Assembly (NCBI GenBank): GCA_902511575.1 | Contig: CABXFU010000002.1 | Coordinates: 15,448-79,447 of the forward strand | Direction of reading: 5' to 3' | Length of the DNA stretch: 64,000 bases | Origin: an uncultured SAR86 cluster bacterium | GTDB taxonomy: Bacteria > Pseudomonadota > Gammaproteobacteria > Magnimaribacterales > D2472 | In this document: positions 48,682-58,778 of the stretch, piece by piece | Layout: every line of letters starts with the position of its first letter | Position numbering within the stretch: position 1 is the first letter of the stretch | Made by a program: the position numbers and the translations under genes | The notes under the pieces: model-generated | Database searches by the model: none | Told to the model about the DNA's origin: nothing | The model's input: only the letters and a program-made list of their open reading frames with translations

Positions 48682-48842
48682 ATCAAATTAATTGCGAGTA
48701 TAATAAGACTTATAAATACAACATTTAAGGTTATAAATAGAAAAATAAATTTAGGAATAGTGAGATTACTTAAATCATTCTCTAAATCTTTTGAGGTGCG
48801 AACACCCATTAACGAAGCTAGTATTCTTTTAAACCACATATT

Positions 48843-49445
48843 ATGACAAGCAAGATTATCACAATTACAAATACTGCCGAAGATTATCTGTCTAAGTTAA
48901 TAGCTGAAAAGAATGAACCTGGTACAGCTGTAAGGGTTTTTATCTCTGATCCAGGCACTCCTAATGCTGAGACTTGTTTGGCTTATTGTAAGCCTGATGA
49001 GATTGTTCCATCTGACACATTAATCTCGCTGCCAAAAATGTCAGTGTATGTAGAGGAAAGAAGTATTCCATTTCTTGTGGACGCAGAAGTTAACTATGAT
49101 GTTGATAATTTTGGTGGCCAGCTAACAATTAAAGCACCAAACGCAAGACTACCAAACATTTCACCTGATAGTCCGTTAGAAGATAGGGTGAATTACGTTA
49201 TTTACAACGAAATCAATCCCATGCTCGAGTCTCATGGAGGCGTGGTGAGCTTAATGGAAATAACTGACGATATGTATGCCATTCTTCAATTTGGAGGAGG
49301 GTGTCAAGGTTGCGGAATGGTTGATGTGACTTTGAAAGATGGCATAGAAAAAACCCTTTTAGAAACCTTGCCAGAATTAGCCGGTGTTAAAGATATGACA
49401 GATCATAGTCTGGATGAAAATGCTTTTTACAAAGATGAGTCATAA
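48843..49445 (+). CDS. nfuA: Fe-S cluster carrier NfuA
   Basis: N-terminal degenerate IscA-like domain plus Nfu domain with GGGCQGCGM. Confidence 0.9.
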   Translation: MTSKIITITNTAEDYLSKLIAEKNEPGTAVRVFISDPGTPNAETCLAYCKPDEIVPSDTLISLPKMSVYVEERSIPFLVDAEVNYDVDNFGGQLTIKAPNARLPNISPDSPLEDRVNYVIYNEINPMLESHGGVVSLMEITDDMYAILQFGGGCQGCGMVDVTLKDGIEKTLLETLPELAGVKDMTDHSLDENAFYKDES

Positions 49446-50299
49446 ACTGAAATGATGACTCCGATCTTTGGGTGATCAAAATAATGAGATTCGTTTTTAA
49501 AAATCCTCCTTTCTTCATCTAATAAATATTTTACTTTGCCAACTTCTATGGTTTCGATTTCATCAGTCATGGCTTGAGTTATCTCCTGATCAGGCTTATA
49601 GATTTCATTGGAGTTTATTATCTCGGTATCTATCTCGATCTCATAATTTGTAATATTATCAGGAATAGAGCTTTTTAAAGCGTTAAACTTTATCTGTTTT
49701 ATTAAATCTGGATTGTTGTTTGTTTTATGATTACCTCCAAGATATGCAATCACATCAAGATGTAGGTATCTGCTTTTATAGAGCTTAATCAAGAACCCGT
49801 TATCATCAAATATCTCATGCACAAAAGGGGAGTCGTTTTTTCCAAGGGCAGGCTGAAGCCATGATAGTTTATGTAGGATTCTATATTCCTTTCTTCGATC
49901 AAGTCTGCGATAAATATTATCCAGCTGGTTGAGGTTGCCTTGTCTCTCATACCATTTACTTTCATTTAACTTCTTTCCTGAAGTTGGGGGGTCACTGGCT
50001 TGTATTTGTTCTTTCTTGTTTTTATCAATAATTAGCTGTTCAATCATTAAATCAGCATCGTCAAAGTCAAAAGATTGGAGAATTGTTTTTTCATTTAGGA
50101 CAATGTTAGGTTTCTTCAGCAAAGTTATGGTGTCAAGATCTATTAGATTTAAATCTTGTGGCTCAAGCTGCTCATTACCAATTATTTCAAGCTGCTCAAA
50201 AACAATGACCTCAATCATATATTCTTTTTGAGTCTCGCTTTGAATACTAGAACTCCAGTTAAAAATAAATAATGTTATCAACAATCTAAACCAGCTCAT
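49427..50299 (-). CDS. CsiV-like (DUF2803) periplasmic protein
   Basis: Signal peptide followed by YMIEVIVFEQ. Located immediately downstream of mfd. The family assignment is from memory of that N-terminal pattern only. Confidence 0.5.
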   Translation of the reverse strand: MSWFRLLITLFIFNWSSSIQSETQKEYMIEVIVFEQLEIIGNEQLEPQDLNLIDLDTITLLKKPNIVLNEKTILQSFDFDDADLMIEQLIIDKNKKEQIQASDPPTSGKKLNESKWYERQGNLNQLDNIYRRLDRRKEYRILHKLSWLQPALGKNDSPFVHEIFDDNGFLIKLYKSRYLHLDVIAYLGGNHKTNNNPDLIKQIKFNALKSSIPDNITNYEIEIDTEIINSNEIYKPDQEITQAMTDEIETIEVGKVKYLLDEERRIFKNESHYFDHPKIGVIISVYDSSL

Positions 50300-53200
50300 T
50301 CAGCAACCCTGCAACGGCAATTCTTTTATTATTATTTTGAGATACATCAAGAGTTATTTTATTTTCATTATCAAGTTTTATCTTAGCTGATCCAGTTTGA
50401 ATCAATCCAATTAATTTTTTATAAACTTGATCGCTTAAATTATCATTAAAAGTGATCATTGCATTTTCTAGATTCGAATAGATTTTTTTAATACCTACTT
50501 TATTAGCAAGTATCCGAAGCTTCGAACTTTCAATTAGATTCAACAAATCATCATTTGGTTTGCCGCATCGATCTTTTAGATCTTCTAAAATCTTATTAAC
50601 TTCTTCATTGTTTTTAGCATCATTTAAAGATCGGTAAATTTTCAACCTTTCATTTGCAACTGGTAAATAGGATTCTGGAATTAATGCTCGATCATTAAAG
50701 TTAATTTCTGTATCTAATATCTTTTCTTGTTCGTACCCTTTGAGATCATTAACGGCACTTTTTAACATTGAAAGATACATGCTAAGACCTATAGCTTCTA
50801 TATGACCGCTTTGCTTAACGCCTAGAAAATCTCCAGCCCCTCTAATTTCTAAATCTTCTTGAGCTATAAAGTAGCCAGATCCAAGATCTGAATATTTTAC
50901 CAATGAATCAAGCTTTGCTTTGGGAGCTTTTTTAAGATCAGGAGTTGGAATCAATAGATAGCAGTAGGCTTGTCGCATAGATCTTCCTACTCGACCTCTC
51001 AATTGATGCAATTGTGAAAGACCAAAATTATGAGCATCGATAACAATGATTGTATTTGCATTAGGGATATCTAATCCCATTTCAACTATGGTTGTACATA
51101 TAAGAATATCTATTGAATTTGAATTGAAGCCATTCATTGTTTTGGTAATGTCTTTTTTGGTTAATTTGCCATGAGCAATATCAATATTTGCTTCAGGCAC
51201 TAAATTTATAATTTGATTTTTTAAGCCTTCCATCTTAGATATGTCATTTTGAACTAAGAAAACTTGTCCACCACGAGCCAATTCTCTATCAATTGCATTT
51301 TTAATAATTTGTTGATTTTGTGTGTTTAAAAAAGTTTTTATACTCAGTCTTTCTAAAGGCGGAGTATACAAATAAGAGAAATCTTTTAAACCTGAATATA
51401 CAAGATTCAAGGTTCTTGGTATTGGTGTAGCAGACATATACAAAATATGTGTCGTTGATTGCCTAGATTTAATGATTTCTTTTTGTTTTATCCCAAAACG
51501 ATGCTCTTCATCAATTACCAATAGACCAAGATTTTCTAGAGAAATATCATTGTTAAGTAATGCATGAGTGCCTATTAAGATATCGATCTTTCCATGTTTA
51601 AAATCATCATATATTTTTACCTTATTTTTTAATGAAGTGTGCCTAGTTAAAAGCTCAATATTTACTGGGAAGTTAACAAATCTTTTTGTAAAGCTCTCTA
51701 AATGTTGTTTGGCTAAAACAGTACTAGGCGCAAGAACCATTACTTGTTTCTTTGCATGAACAGCCACGAATGCTCCGCGCATTGCAACTTCAGTTTTACC
51801 AAAGCCAACATCACCACATATAACTCTATTCATCGGTTTAATGAGAGCCATATCTTTTAAAATGTCTTTTATGCAATTAACTTGATCGGTTGTTAAGACA
51901 TAAGAGAAATCTTTATCGAATTCTTGATAGGCGCTTTCCTCGCATATCAATTGATAAGAAGAGGCTATTGATCTTCTAGATTCAATATCCAGCAACTCTG
52001 CAGCATGATCTAGTGCCTTAATTTTTGCTTTTTCTTTTTTAACTTTCCATTTTGCAGAGGACAAAGAATCAAGACGCATCCCATGTGTTTGTGATACTTG
52101 AAATTTTGAAACTAAATAGGCCTGTCTAATTGGAACGTATAAAATCTCTTTTTCAAGGTATTCAATTTGAATATATTCTTCTTCACTTGAATTAGTTTTT
52201 AAAAGTTCTAGACCCTTATAAACCCCGACACCATAGTCAACATGTATAACAAGCTCCTCATCATTGAAAGGGTTTTCAAATTTCTCGATAAGAGAATCTT
52301 GATTTGTTTTGGTTGATTTAACATTTAAAATTTCTGAACTCGTTACTCTATCCAAATTTAAATGTACAAATTTTCTATTTTTGCTAACAAATGATCGAAC
52401 TGGTAGATGAATGCAGCTAAATACTCCATTATGAAGATTGAATGGGAGTGACGTAATGGTTGTTTTGTATTGCTTATTTATTTGATCTAATTTTGTTTGC
52501 TCAGATGATGTGATCAATAGGGTCTCAATTTCTTTACTGGCATGTTTTTCTATCAATATTTTTAATTGGATGTTTTTTTCTTTAGATTGATCGATGATTG
52601 GGTCTGGATCTAAAATCTTTATTTCTTTAGCTGACTTTATATATGTATGGAGATCTTTGAGTGTAAAAATGTAATCATTCGGTTTGAGTATTGGTCTAGA
52701 GGAATCAATTGATTCTTCAATGTATCTTTCCTTAACAAAAGCTTGATGAGAGGCTAATACTTGATCTATTTGATTAGATTTATGTATGGTAAATTCAGAA
52801 AAGTAATCAATTAAATTAGATTCACCCTCATGAATAAGAGGGTTATAGATCTCATACCCTTCAGGATATTGTCCCGAAGCTAGGCTTTGAAATATTTCAC
52901 AATGTCTTTCATCATGGCTTTGAAAATAATTCCTCCATGAATATTTAAAATTACCAATTGATTCATCATCCAAGCGAATCTCTGAGCCACTAAATAATTT
53001 AAACTCAGATAATTTATTAGTCATATTCTGTGTTTTTGGATCAAATTCTCTTATTTCATCAATCTGATCTCCAAAAAAATCTACTCTAAGGGGCCAAAGC
53101 TGAAATCCTGAATAAAAATCAACAACACCTCCACGGACAGTGTATTGGTTAATTCCATTAACCTTATCTGTACGTTCATAATTTAATGCCTCTAAGCTAG

Positions 53201-53570
53201 TTGTTAAATCCTTGATGGTTAATGAGTCATTAATTTTAAAGTTCTTTCTAGCAATAAAAAAATTCTTTGATGGTAATTTTTCAAATAGATTGATGCAGCT
53301 AGTAATTATTATTTTGATATTTGCTTTGTCAGAATTTAACAATTTAATTCTTTCTTGAATGATTGAATCAGCGGTTGAAAATCTGTCGTATGGCAGAATT
53401 TCTCTCTCAGGATAATATCCAATTTCGTCATCATTCAAAAACAGCTGGAGTTCATTTTTTATCAATCTCGCCTCTTTATCTGAATCGCAAAGGTACAGAA
53501 TCTTTTGATTCTGTATTTTCACAGATTGAGCTAGCTCAAATGCTATGGGTTCATGCTGTTTTTCTAACAT
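50286..53570 (-). CDS. mfd: transcription-repair coupling factor
   Basis: 1094 aa. CarD-like HVDYGVGVY, helicase Walker A GDVGFGKTEVA, DEEHRFG, SATPIPRT, QLRGRVGR. Confidence 0.95.
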   Translation of the reverse strand: MLEKQHEPIAFELAQSVKIQNQKILYLCDSDKEARLIKNELQLFLNDDEIGYYPEREILPYDRFSTADSIIQERIKLLNSDKANIKIIITSCINLFEKLPSKNFFIARKNFKINDSLTIKDLTTSLEALNYERTDKVNGINQYTVRGGVVDFYSGFQLWPLRVDFFGDQIDEIREFDPKTQNMTNKLSEFKLFSGSEIRLDDESIGNFKYSWRNYFQSHDERHCEIFQSLASGQYPEGYEIYNPLIHEGESNLIDYFSEFTIHKSNQIDQVLASHQAFVKERYIEESIDSSRPILKPNDYIFTLKDLHTYIKSAKEIKILDPDPIIDQSKEKNIQLKILIEKHASKEIETLLITSSEQTKLDQINKQYKTTITSLPFNLHNGVFSCIHLPVRSFVSKNRKFVHLNLDRVTSSEILNVKSTKTNQDSLIEKFENPFNDEELVIHVDYGVGVYKGLELLKTNSSEEEYIQIEYLEKEILYVPIRQAYLVSKFQVSQTHGMRLDSLSSAKWKVKKEKAKIKALDHAAELLDIESRRSIASSYQLICEESAYQEFDKDFSYVLTTDQVNCIKDILKDMALIKPMNRVICGDVGFGKTEVAMRGAFVAVHAKKQVMVLAPSTVLAKQHLESFTKRFVNFPVNIELLTRHTSLKNKVKIYDDFKHGKIDILIGTHALLNNDISLENLGLLVIDEEHRFGIKQKEIIKSRQSTTHILYMSATPIPRTLNLVYSGLKDFSYLYTPPLERLSIKTFLNTQNQQIIKNAIDRELARGGQVFLVQNDISKMEGLKNQIINLVPEANIDIAHGKLTKKDITKTMNGFNSNSIDILICTTIVEMGLDIPNANTIIVIDAHNFGLSQLHQLRGRVGRSMRQAYCYLLIPTPDLKKAPKAKLDSLVKYSDLGSGYFIAQEDLEIRGAGDFLGVKQSGHIEAIGLSMYLSMLKSAVNDLKGYEQEKILDTEINFNDRALIPESYLPVANERLKIYRSLNDAKNNEEVNKILEDLKDRCGKPNDDLLNLIESSKLRILANKVGIKKIYSNLENAMITFNDNLSDQVYKKLIGLIQTGSAKIKLDNENKITLDVSQNNNKRIAVAGLLNELV

Positions 53571-53624
53571 ATCGTGCAGTATAATTTGCGCCTAAAGAAT
53601 AATCTTAAAAACAGGAACACTAAC

Positions 53625-54797
53625 ATGGATATAAGTTTTTCAGAACAAGATCTTCAATTTCAGGAAGAGATTAGAGCTGGTCTAAATGGATCAGAATTTC
53701 CCGCAAACGTAAGGGAAAAACAAGAAAAGGGTACAGCCCTAACTAAAGCGGACATGATTGATTTTCATAAATTTATTCATAGCAAAGGTTGGATGGGATA
53801 TAACTGGCCGGTTGAATATGGCGGTACTGGATGGTCTCCAGTGCAAATCTATTTATTTTTAAATGAGCTTGCGTTGGCGCAATGCCCAACAATTCTTCCA
53901 TTTGGATTAAGTATGGTCGGACCTGTTATATATACTTTTGGCAATCAAGAACAAAAAGATAGATTTTTACCTGACATTCTTGAATTTAATACATGGTGGT
54001 GCCAAGGATATTCAGAGCCAGGTTCCGGTTCGGATTTAGCATCACTTAAAACTAAAGCTGTATTAGAGGGCGATCACTACATAGTGAATGGTTCAAAAAC
54101 TTGGACAACACTGGCTCAAAATGCTGATTGGATTTTCTGTTTAGTAAGAACTGAAACAACTCAAAAAAAACAAGAAGGCATATCTTTTCTTTTAATTGAT
54201 ATGAATACGCCAGGCATAGAAGTTAAGCCTATTATCACAATTGATGGGGATCATGAAGTCAATTCAGTCTTTTTTACAGATGTGAAAGTACCTGCTGATC
54301 AATTAATTGGAGAAGAGGGTAAAGGTTGGACTTATGCTAAATTTCTTTTAGCCCACGAAAGATTTGGAATTGCTGGAGTTCCAGTGGTTAAAGTGCAGAT
54401 TGAAAAATTAAAAAATATTACTGCTGAATATAACGATGCTGATTTATCAAAAAAAATTGCTGAATTAGAAATTGATCTAGAGGCACTAGAGTTTACCGAG
54501 CTGAGAACCTTGGCAGCAATTGCCGAAGGTGGACATCCAGGTGCAGAATCGTCAATCCTAAAGATACGTGGAACTGAAATTCAACAAAGGTTAACAGAGC
54601 TATTTGTAGAAGCTGCTGGTCAATATATTCTTCCATATGAAGGCCCTGATGGATTTGAATCAAATAGAACGCCAGCTGGCCCGGATTATGCTAGTCCATC
54701 AGTTGCTCAGTATTTAAACTATAGAAAAACTTCTATCTATGGTGGAAGTAATGAGATACAAAAAAATATTATTGCTAAAGCTATTTTAGGAGTTTAA
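53625..54797 (+). CDS. acyl-CoA dehydrogenase family protein, large subunit of second tandem pair (PimC-like)
   Basis: GYSEPGSGSDLASLKTKA, NGSKTWTT, IYGGSNEIQKNII. ATG 53625 was chosen because the track start 53574 abuts the mfd start. Confidence 0.85.
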   Translation: MDISFSEQDLQFQEEIRAGLNGSEFPANVREKQEKGTALTKADMIDFHKFIHSKGWMGYNWPVEYGGTGWSPVQIYLFLNELALAQCPTILPFGLSMVGPVIYTFGNQEQKDRFLPDILEFNTWWCQGYSEPGSGSDLASLKTKAVLEGDHYIVNGSKTWTTLAQNADWIFCLVRTETTQKKQEGISFLLIDMNTPGIEVKPIITIDGDHEVNSVFFTDVKVPADQLIGEEGKGWTYAKFLLAHERFGIAGVPVVKVQIEKLKNITAEYNDADLSKKIAELEIDLEALEFTELRTLAAIAEGGHPGAESSILKIRGTEIQQRLTELFVEAAGQYILPYEGPDGFESNRTPAGPDYASPSVAQYLNYRKTSIYGGSNEIQKNIIAKAILGV

Positions 54798-54799
54798 AC

Positions 54800-55906
54800 A
54801 TGAATTTAAATTATTCTGATGAGCAGAACATGCTACGAGAACAAGTTCTTAAGTTTTGTGAAACTAATTATGACTTTATTGATAGAGAAAAAATATTAGA
54901 TTCTGATTCTGGTTATAGTGAAGAAAACTGGAAACAGTTTGCAGAGCTTGGCTGGTTAGCGGTTCCATTTAAAGAAGATAATGGTGGTTTTAATTTTGGA
55001 CCAATTGAACTTACTGTATTATTTGAAGAATTTGGCAAAGCGCTCGTAGTAGAGCCTTATTTAAGCTCTGTGGTAATGAGCGGTACAGTTTTAGAGGGAT
55101 CAAATCATCCAGACAAATCATCAATTATTGAAAAAATTATTTCTGGTGAACATCAGGTCTCAGTTGCATATGCTGAAGCTAACATTGGTTATAATTTTTT
55201 AGATTGTGTAACAGCAGTATCAAAGGATGGAGATGCCTTGAGTCTAAATGGATCTAAGTCATTAGTATTAAATGGTGGTAATGCTGATCAATTTATAGTT
55301 CTTGCATTCCATGAAAATTCTCCTGCCTTGGTTCTTGTTGATGCTGATGTAAAGGGCTTATCTGTGCAAAGCTTCAAAACATTAGATGGGCAGACATGTG
55401 GCGAATTGACCTTTGAAAATGTTTCATTAAACACTGAATCAATCTTGGCTTTAGGTGATGAAGCAGAATCATTGTTTAATAGGATGGTAGATATTTCTAT
55501 CTTGTGTATAAGTGCAGAAGCAGTGGGAGCAATGACATCGTCCTATATGAAGACAGTTCAATATACAAAAGAGCGAGAGCAATTTGCTCAACCCATAAGT
55601 AATTTTCAGGTTTTACAGCATCGTATGGTTGATATGTTCATTGAAACTGAGCTAACTAAATCTTTATTGATTAAGGCTACACTGCAACTTGATTCTGATG
55701 ATCCTGAAACTGGAAACACTATATCAGCGCTAAAAGTTCAAGTGGGTAAAGCCGGAAGATTAGTGGGCCAACATGCAGTTCAATTGCATGGCGGAATGGG
55801 TGTCAGTAATGAAATGTCTATTGGGCATTACTTAAAAAGATTTACTGCTATTGATTCAATGTTTGGTAATACCCAACATCACATAAATAAGTATCAAGCA
55901 AAATAA
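54800..55906 (+). CDS. acyl-CoA dehydrogenase family protein, small subunit of second tandem pair (PimD-like)
   Basis: EREQFAQPISNFQVLQHRMVD, VQLHGGMGV. Same 368-aa length and architecture as 45139-46245. Confidence 0.82.
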   Translation: MNLNYSDEQNMLREQVLKFCETNYDFIDREKILDSDSGYSEENWKQFAELGWLAVPFKEDNGGFNFGPIELTVLFEEFGKALVVEPYLSSVVMSGTVLEGSNHPDKSSIIEKIISGEHQVSVAYAEANIGYNFLDCVTAVSKDGDALSLNGSKSLVLNGGNADQFIVLAFHENSPALVLVDADVKGLSVQSFKTLDGQTCGELTFENVSLNTESILALGDEAESLFNRMVDISILCISAEAVGAMTSSYMKTVQYTKEREQFAQPISNFQVLQHRMVDMFIETELTKSLLIKATLQLDSDDPETGNTISALKVQVGKAGRLVGQHAVQLHGGMGVSNEMSIGHYLKRFTAIDSMFGNTQHHINKYQAK

Positions 55907-55909
55907 TTA

Positions 55910-57406
55910 ATGACTGATCTTACTAAAAATCCTGATTTACGTTCTCGAGAAAAAATCGATGACTACTTTGGTGATTGGAAGTGGAGAGAGGGTTTGGCCG
56001 AACTTATGGTTCCTATTGTAGGGAGGCTTTATCGACATGGAGTTCATATTATGATCTATGGACAGTCTCTCGTGAATAAATCTCCTATAGATATTATGCA
56101 TGCGCACAGGTTTGTAAGGCAGATCGAGGAAAATGAACTAAGCGAATTAGAAACATATCCTTTGTTAGAAAGATTGAGCAAAATGGATTTACCGGATTGT
56201 GAAGTTGATATTGGTGAGCTTGCAATGAGGTGTTCTTTTTTTCATGATCTTCCAAACAATCCCGACTCAATAGATAGTTTTTTACAGGAGCAAATTAGTG
56301 TTGATGGTTTAGGGGTTAAAAGACCTGATCAACCTCGAGACATTGTTCTTTATGGTTTTGGTAGGATTGGAAGATTAATGGCAAGAATGCTTGCGCAAAC
56401 AACCGGACCTGGAAATTATTTTCGTTTAAAAGGTGTGGTTGTAAGAAAAACTGGTGAAAATGACTTAATTAAACGTGCTAGTTTATTGCGAAGAGATTCT
56501 GTTCATGGAAGATTTGACGGAACTATAAGAGTTGATCTTGAGAATGAGCTTTTGGTTATTAACGGCAATCCCGTAAAATTTATTTACGCAAACTCGCCCG
56601 TAGATGTTAATTATTCAGATTTAAATATTAATTCTCCAATTGTGATTGATAACACTGGAATATGGCGCGATGAAGAGGCCCTATCCCAGCATTTAACATC
56701 TGGTGCATCAAAAGTTATCTTAACTGCACCTGCTAAAGGGGATATCAGAAACATAGTCTTTGGTGTCAATGATTCAGCTTTGCATAAATCAGATCAAATT
56801 ATCTCAGCTGCATCTTGCACCACCAATGCCATAGTGCCAGTCCTTAAGTTGATCAGTGACCATTATGGTATTTCAAATGGCCACATTGAAACTGTTCACT
56901 CTTACACTAACGATCAAAATTTAATTGATAATTTTCATAAAGGTGATCGAAGGGGTAGAAGCGCACCATTAAATATGGTGATTACAACAACAGGTGCTGT
57001 AAAAGCTGTGTCAAAGGCAATTCCAGAACTTAAAGATAAGTTAACTGGAAATGCAATTAGGGTTCCAACTCCCAATGTCAGTTTAGCGGTCCTGGTTTTG
57101 AACCTGGAAAACTCAGTTGAAAGAGACGAATTAAATGAGTTCTTAAAAAAATCAGCTTTTGCTAGCAAATACAGAGAAATAATTGGATACACTAACTCGC
57201 CAGAGGCAGTATCTAGTGACTTTTATTCGAGTCCATATGCAACAATAATTGACTCTCAAGCCACCATAGCAGACGGTAAACAAATTACTTTATATTGTTG
57301 GTATGACAATGAATATGGATATACCAAGCAAGTCCTTAATCTTACTAAGAAAGTTGCCTCTATAGACCTCCAAAGATTTCCTAAAGCAATTGAAGATTCA
57401 CTGTAG
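55910..57406 (+). CDS. gap: glyceraldehyde-3-phosphate dehydrogenase, long form with an N-terminal extension of about 140 aa
   Basis: Rossmann motif VLYGFGRIGR begins at about aa 146. Catalytic SAASCTTNAIVP, WYDNEYGY. Confidence 0.85.
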   Translation: MTDLTKNPDLRSREKIDDYFGDWKWREGLAELMVPIVGRLYRHGVHIMIYGQSLVNKSPIDIMHAHRFVRQIEENELSELETYPLLERLSKMDLPDCEVDIGELAMRCSFFHDLPNNPDSIDSFLQEQISVDGLGVKRPDQPRDIVLYGFGRIGRLMARMLAQTTGPGNYFRLKGVVVRKTGENDLIKRASLLRRDSVHGRFDGTIRVDLENELLVINGNPVKFIYANSPVDVNYSDLNINSPIVIDNTGIWRDEEALSQHLTSGASKVILTAPAKGDIRNIVFGVNDSALHKSDQIISAASCTTNAIVPVLKLISDHYGISNGHIETVHSYTNDQNLIDNFHKGDRRGRSAPLNMVITTTGAVKAVSKAIPELKDKLTGNAIRVPTPNVSLAVLVLNLENSVERDELNEFLKKSAFASKYREIIGYTNSPEAVSSDFYSSPYATIIDSQATIADGKQITLYCWYDNEYGYTKQVLNLTKKVASIDLQRFPKAIEDSL

Positions 57407-57458
57407 AAACAGCTGATATTTCCATTTATAATGCATCCATCTTTTACTGAAGGGTGCC

Positions 57459-58778
57459 GTGATTAAAACCAAAAAAGGCCTAGATTTACCAATTTCTGGA
57501 TCTCCATCCACGGAGATAGATTCATCGACTGCTATCAATTCAATCGCAGTGCTCGGTGCTGACTATGTGGGTTTAAAGCCAACCATGATGGTTGACGAAG
57601 GTGATCAAGTTCAATTAGGGCAAAAATTATTAGAAAATAAAAAAAATCCAGGTACTTATATAACGGCCCCATCATCTGGAGTTGTTAAATCAATTAATAG
57701 AGGAGAAAAAAGAAGATTCTTATCACTTATAATTGAAACAGATCATTCTCTTGATCCAATAACATTTGATATTAACGACTATTCTAGCTCAATTGAATTT
57801 TTGGTTGATAGTGGTGCTCTAGCATATTTTCGAACCAGACCTTACAACAGAATGCCTCAGCCAAGTGAAGTCCCTTCAGCTATATTTGTTAATGCTTGCG
57901 ATACAAACCCACTTGCCGCTGACTCATATGAATTAATCAAACATGATCAGGATCTTTTTAACAAAGGTCTGAGCTTTATTGAATCTATTAATAGTGATAT
58001 CAAAACTTTTTGTTCATATCAAAATAATAACTTTGAGCAATCTGTACCAGGTGTTAGCTACAATCAATTCGAAGGCCCTCATCCAGCTGGATTAGTTGGA
58101 ACTCATATTCATTTTTTATATCCGGTTGGTCAAAATAGAACAGTCTGGACTATCTCATGGCAAGAAGTAATTTCCTTGGGATATCTTCTGACTAATAAAA
58201 ATTTGCGTACAGATAAATATATTTCTCTTGGAGGCCCTAATTGCCACGAACCAAAAATATTAAAAGTTAAATATGGGTCAAATCTTTCCGAAACTTCAGC
58301 TGGAAAAATTTTAGATAGTTCTAGAGTGATCTCAGGTTCTGTTTTGCATGGACATACTGGTGAGAATGTAATGAACTACTTGGGTGCTTTTGATAATCAG
58401 GTTTCGGTATTACCAGATGAATCAAATGACATTTTATTTAATTGGGCTATGCCTGGCTCAAAACTTCATTCCAAGTTACCGGCTTTCATGTCAAGTTGGA
58501 TTAAACCTAAAACTTTTAACTTCAACGTTTCAATGAATGGTGGAAATAGAGCAATTGTTCCCATTTCTTCTTATCAGGAAATAATGCCTTTAAATATTTT
58601 AACAACCCAGCTTTTAAAAAGCTTAGTGACTCTTGATATTGAGCTTGGAGAAAAATTAGGTGTTTTAGAATTAGCTCCAGAGGATTTAGCTTTAGCTAGT
58701 TACGTTTGCCCAAGCAAATATGACTATCAATCAATTCTTGATTCTAACTTAGATAAAATGTACGAGGAATTTAAATGA
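57459..58778 (+). CDS. nqrA: Na+-translocating NADH:quinone oxidoreductase subunit A
   Basis: GTG start. [14 protein letters not shown] matches the canonical NqrA N-terminus. First gene of nqrA-F. Confidence 0.93.
   Translation: MIKTKKGLDLPISGSPSTEIDSSTAINSIAVLGADYVGLKPTMMVDEGDQVQLGQKLLENKKNPGTYITAPSSGVVKSINRGEKRRFLSLIIETDHSLDPITFDINDYSSSIEFLVDSGALAYFRTRPYNRMPQPSEVPSAIFVNACDTNPLAADSYELIKHDQDLFNKGLSFIESINSDIKTFCSYQNNNFEQSVPGVSYNQFEGPHPAGLVGTHIHFLYPVGQNRTVWTISWQEVISLGYLLTNKNLRTDKYISLGGPNCHEPKILKVKYGSNLSETSAGKILDSSRVISGSVLHGHTGENVMNYLGAFDNQVSVLPDESNDILFNWAMPGSKLHSKLPAFMSSWIKPKTFNFNVSMNGGNRAIVPISSYQEIMPLNILTTQLLKSLVTLDIELGEKLGVLELAPEDLALASYVCPSKYDYQSILDSNLDKMYEEFK

Noticed and set aside
53574-53624. 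Upstream extension of the second ACAD large-subunit ORF
   Set aside because: It would start 4 nt from the divergent mfd start codon. ATG 53625 has AGGA upstream, and the alignment with the paralogue begins there.
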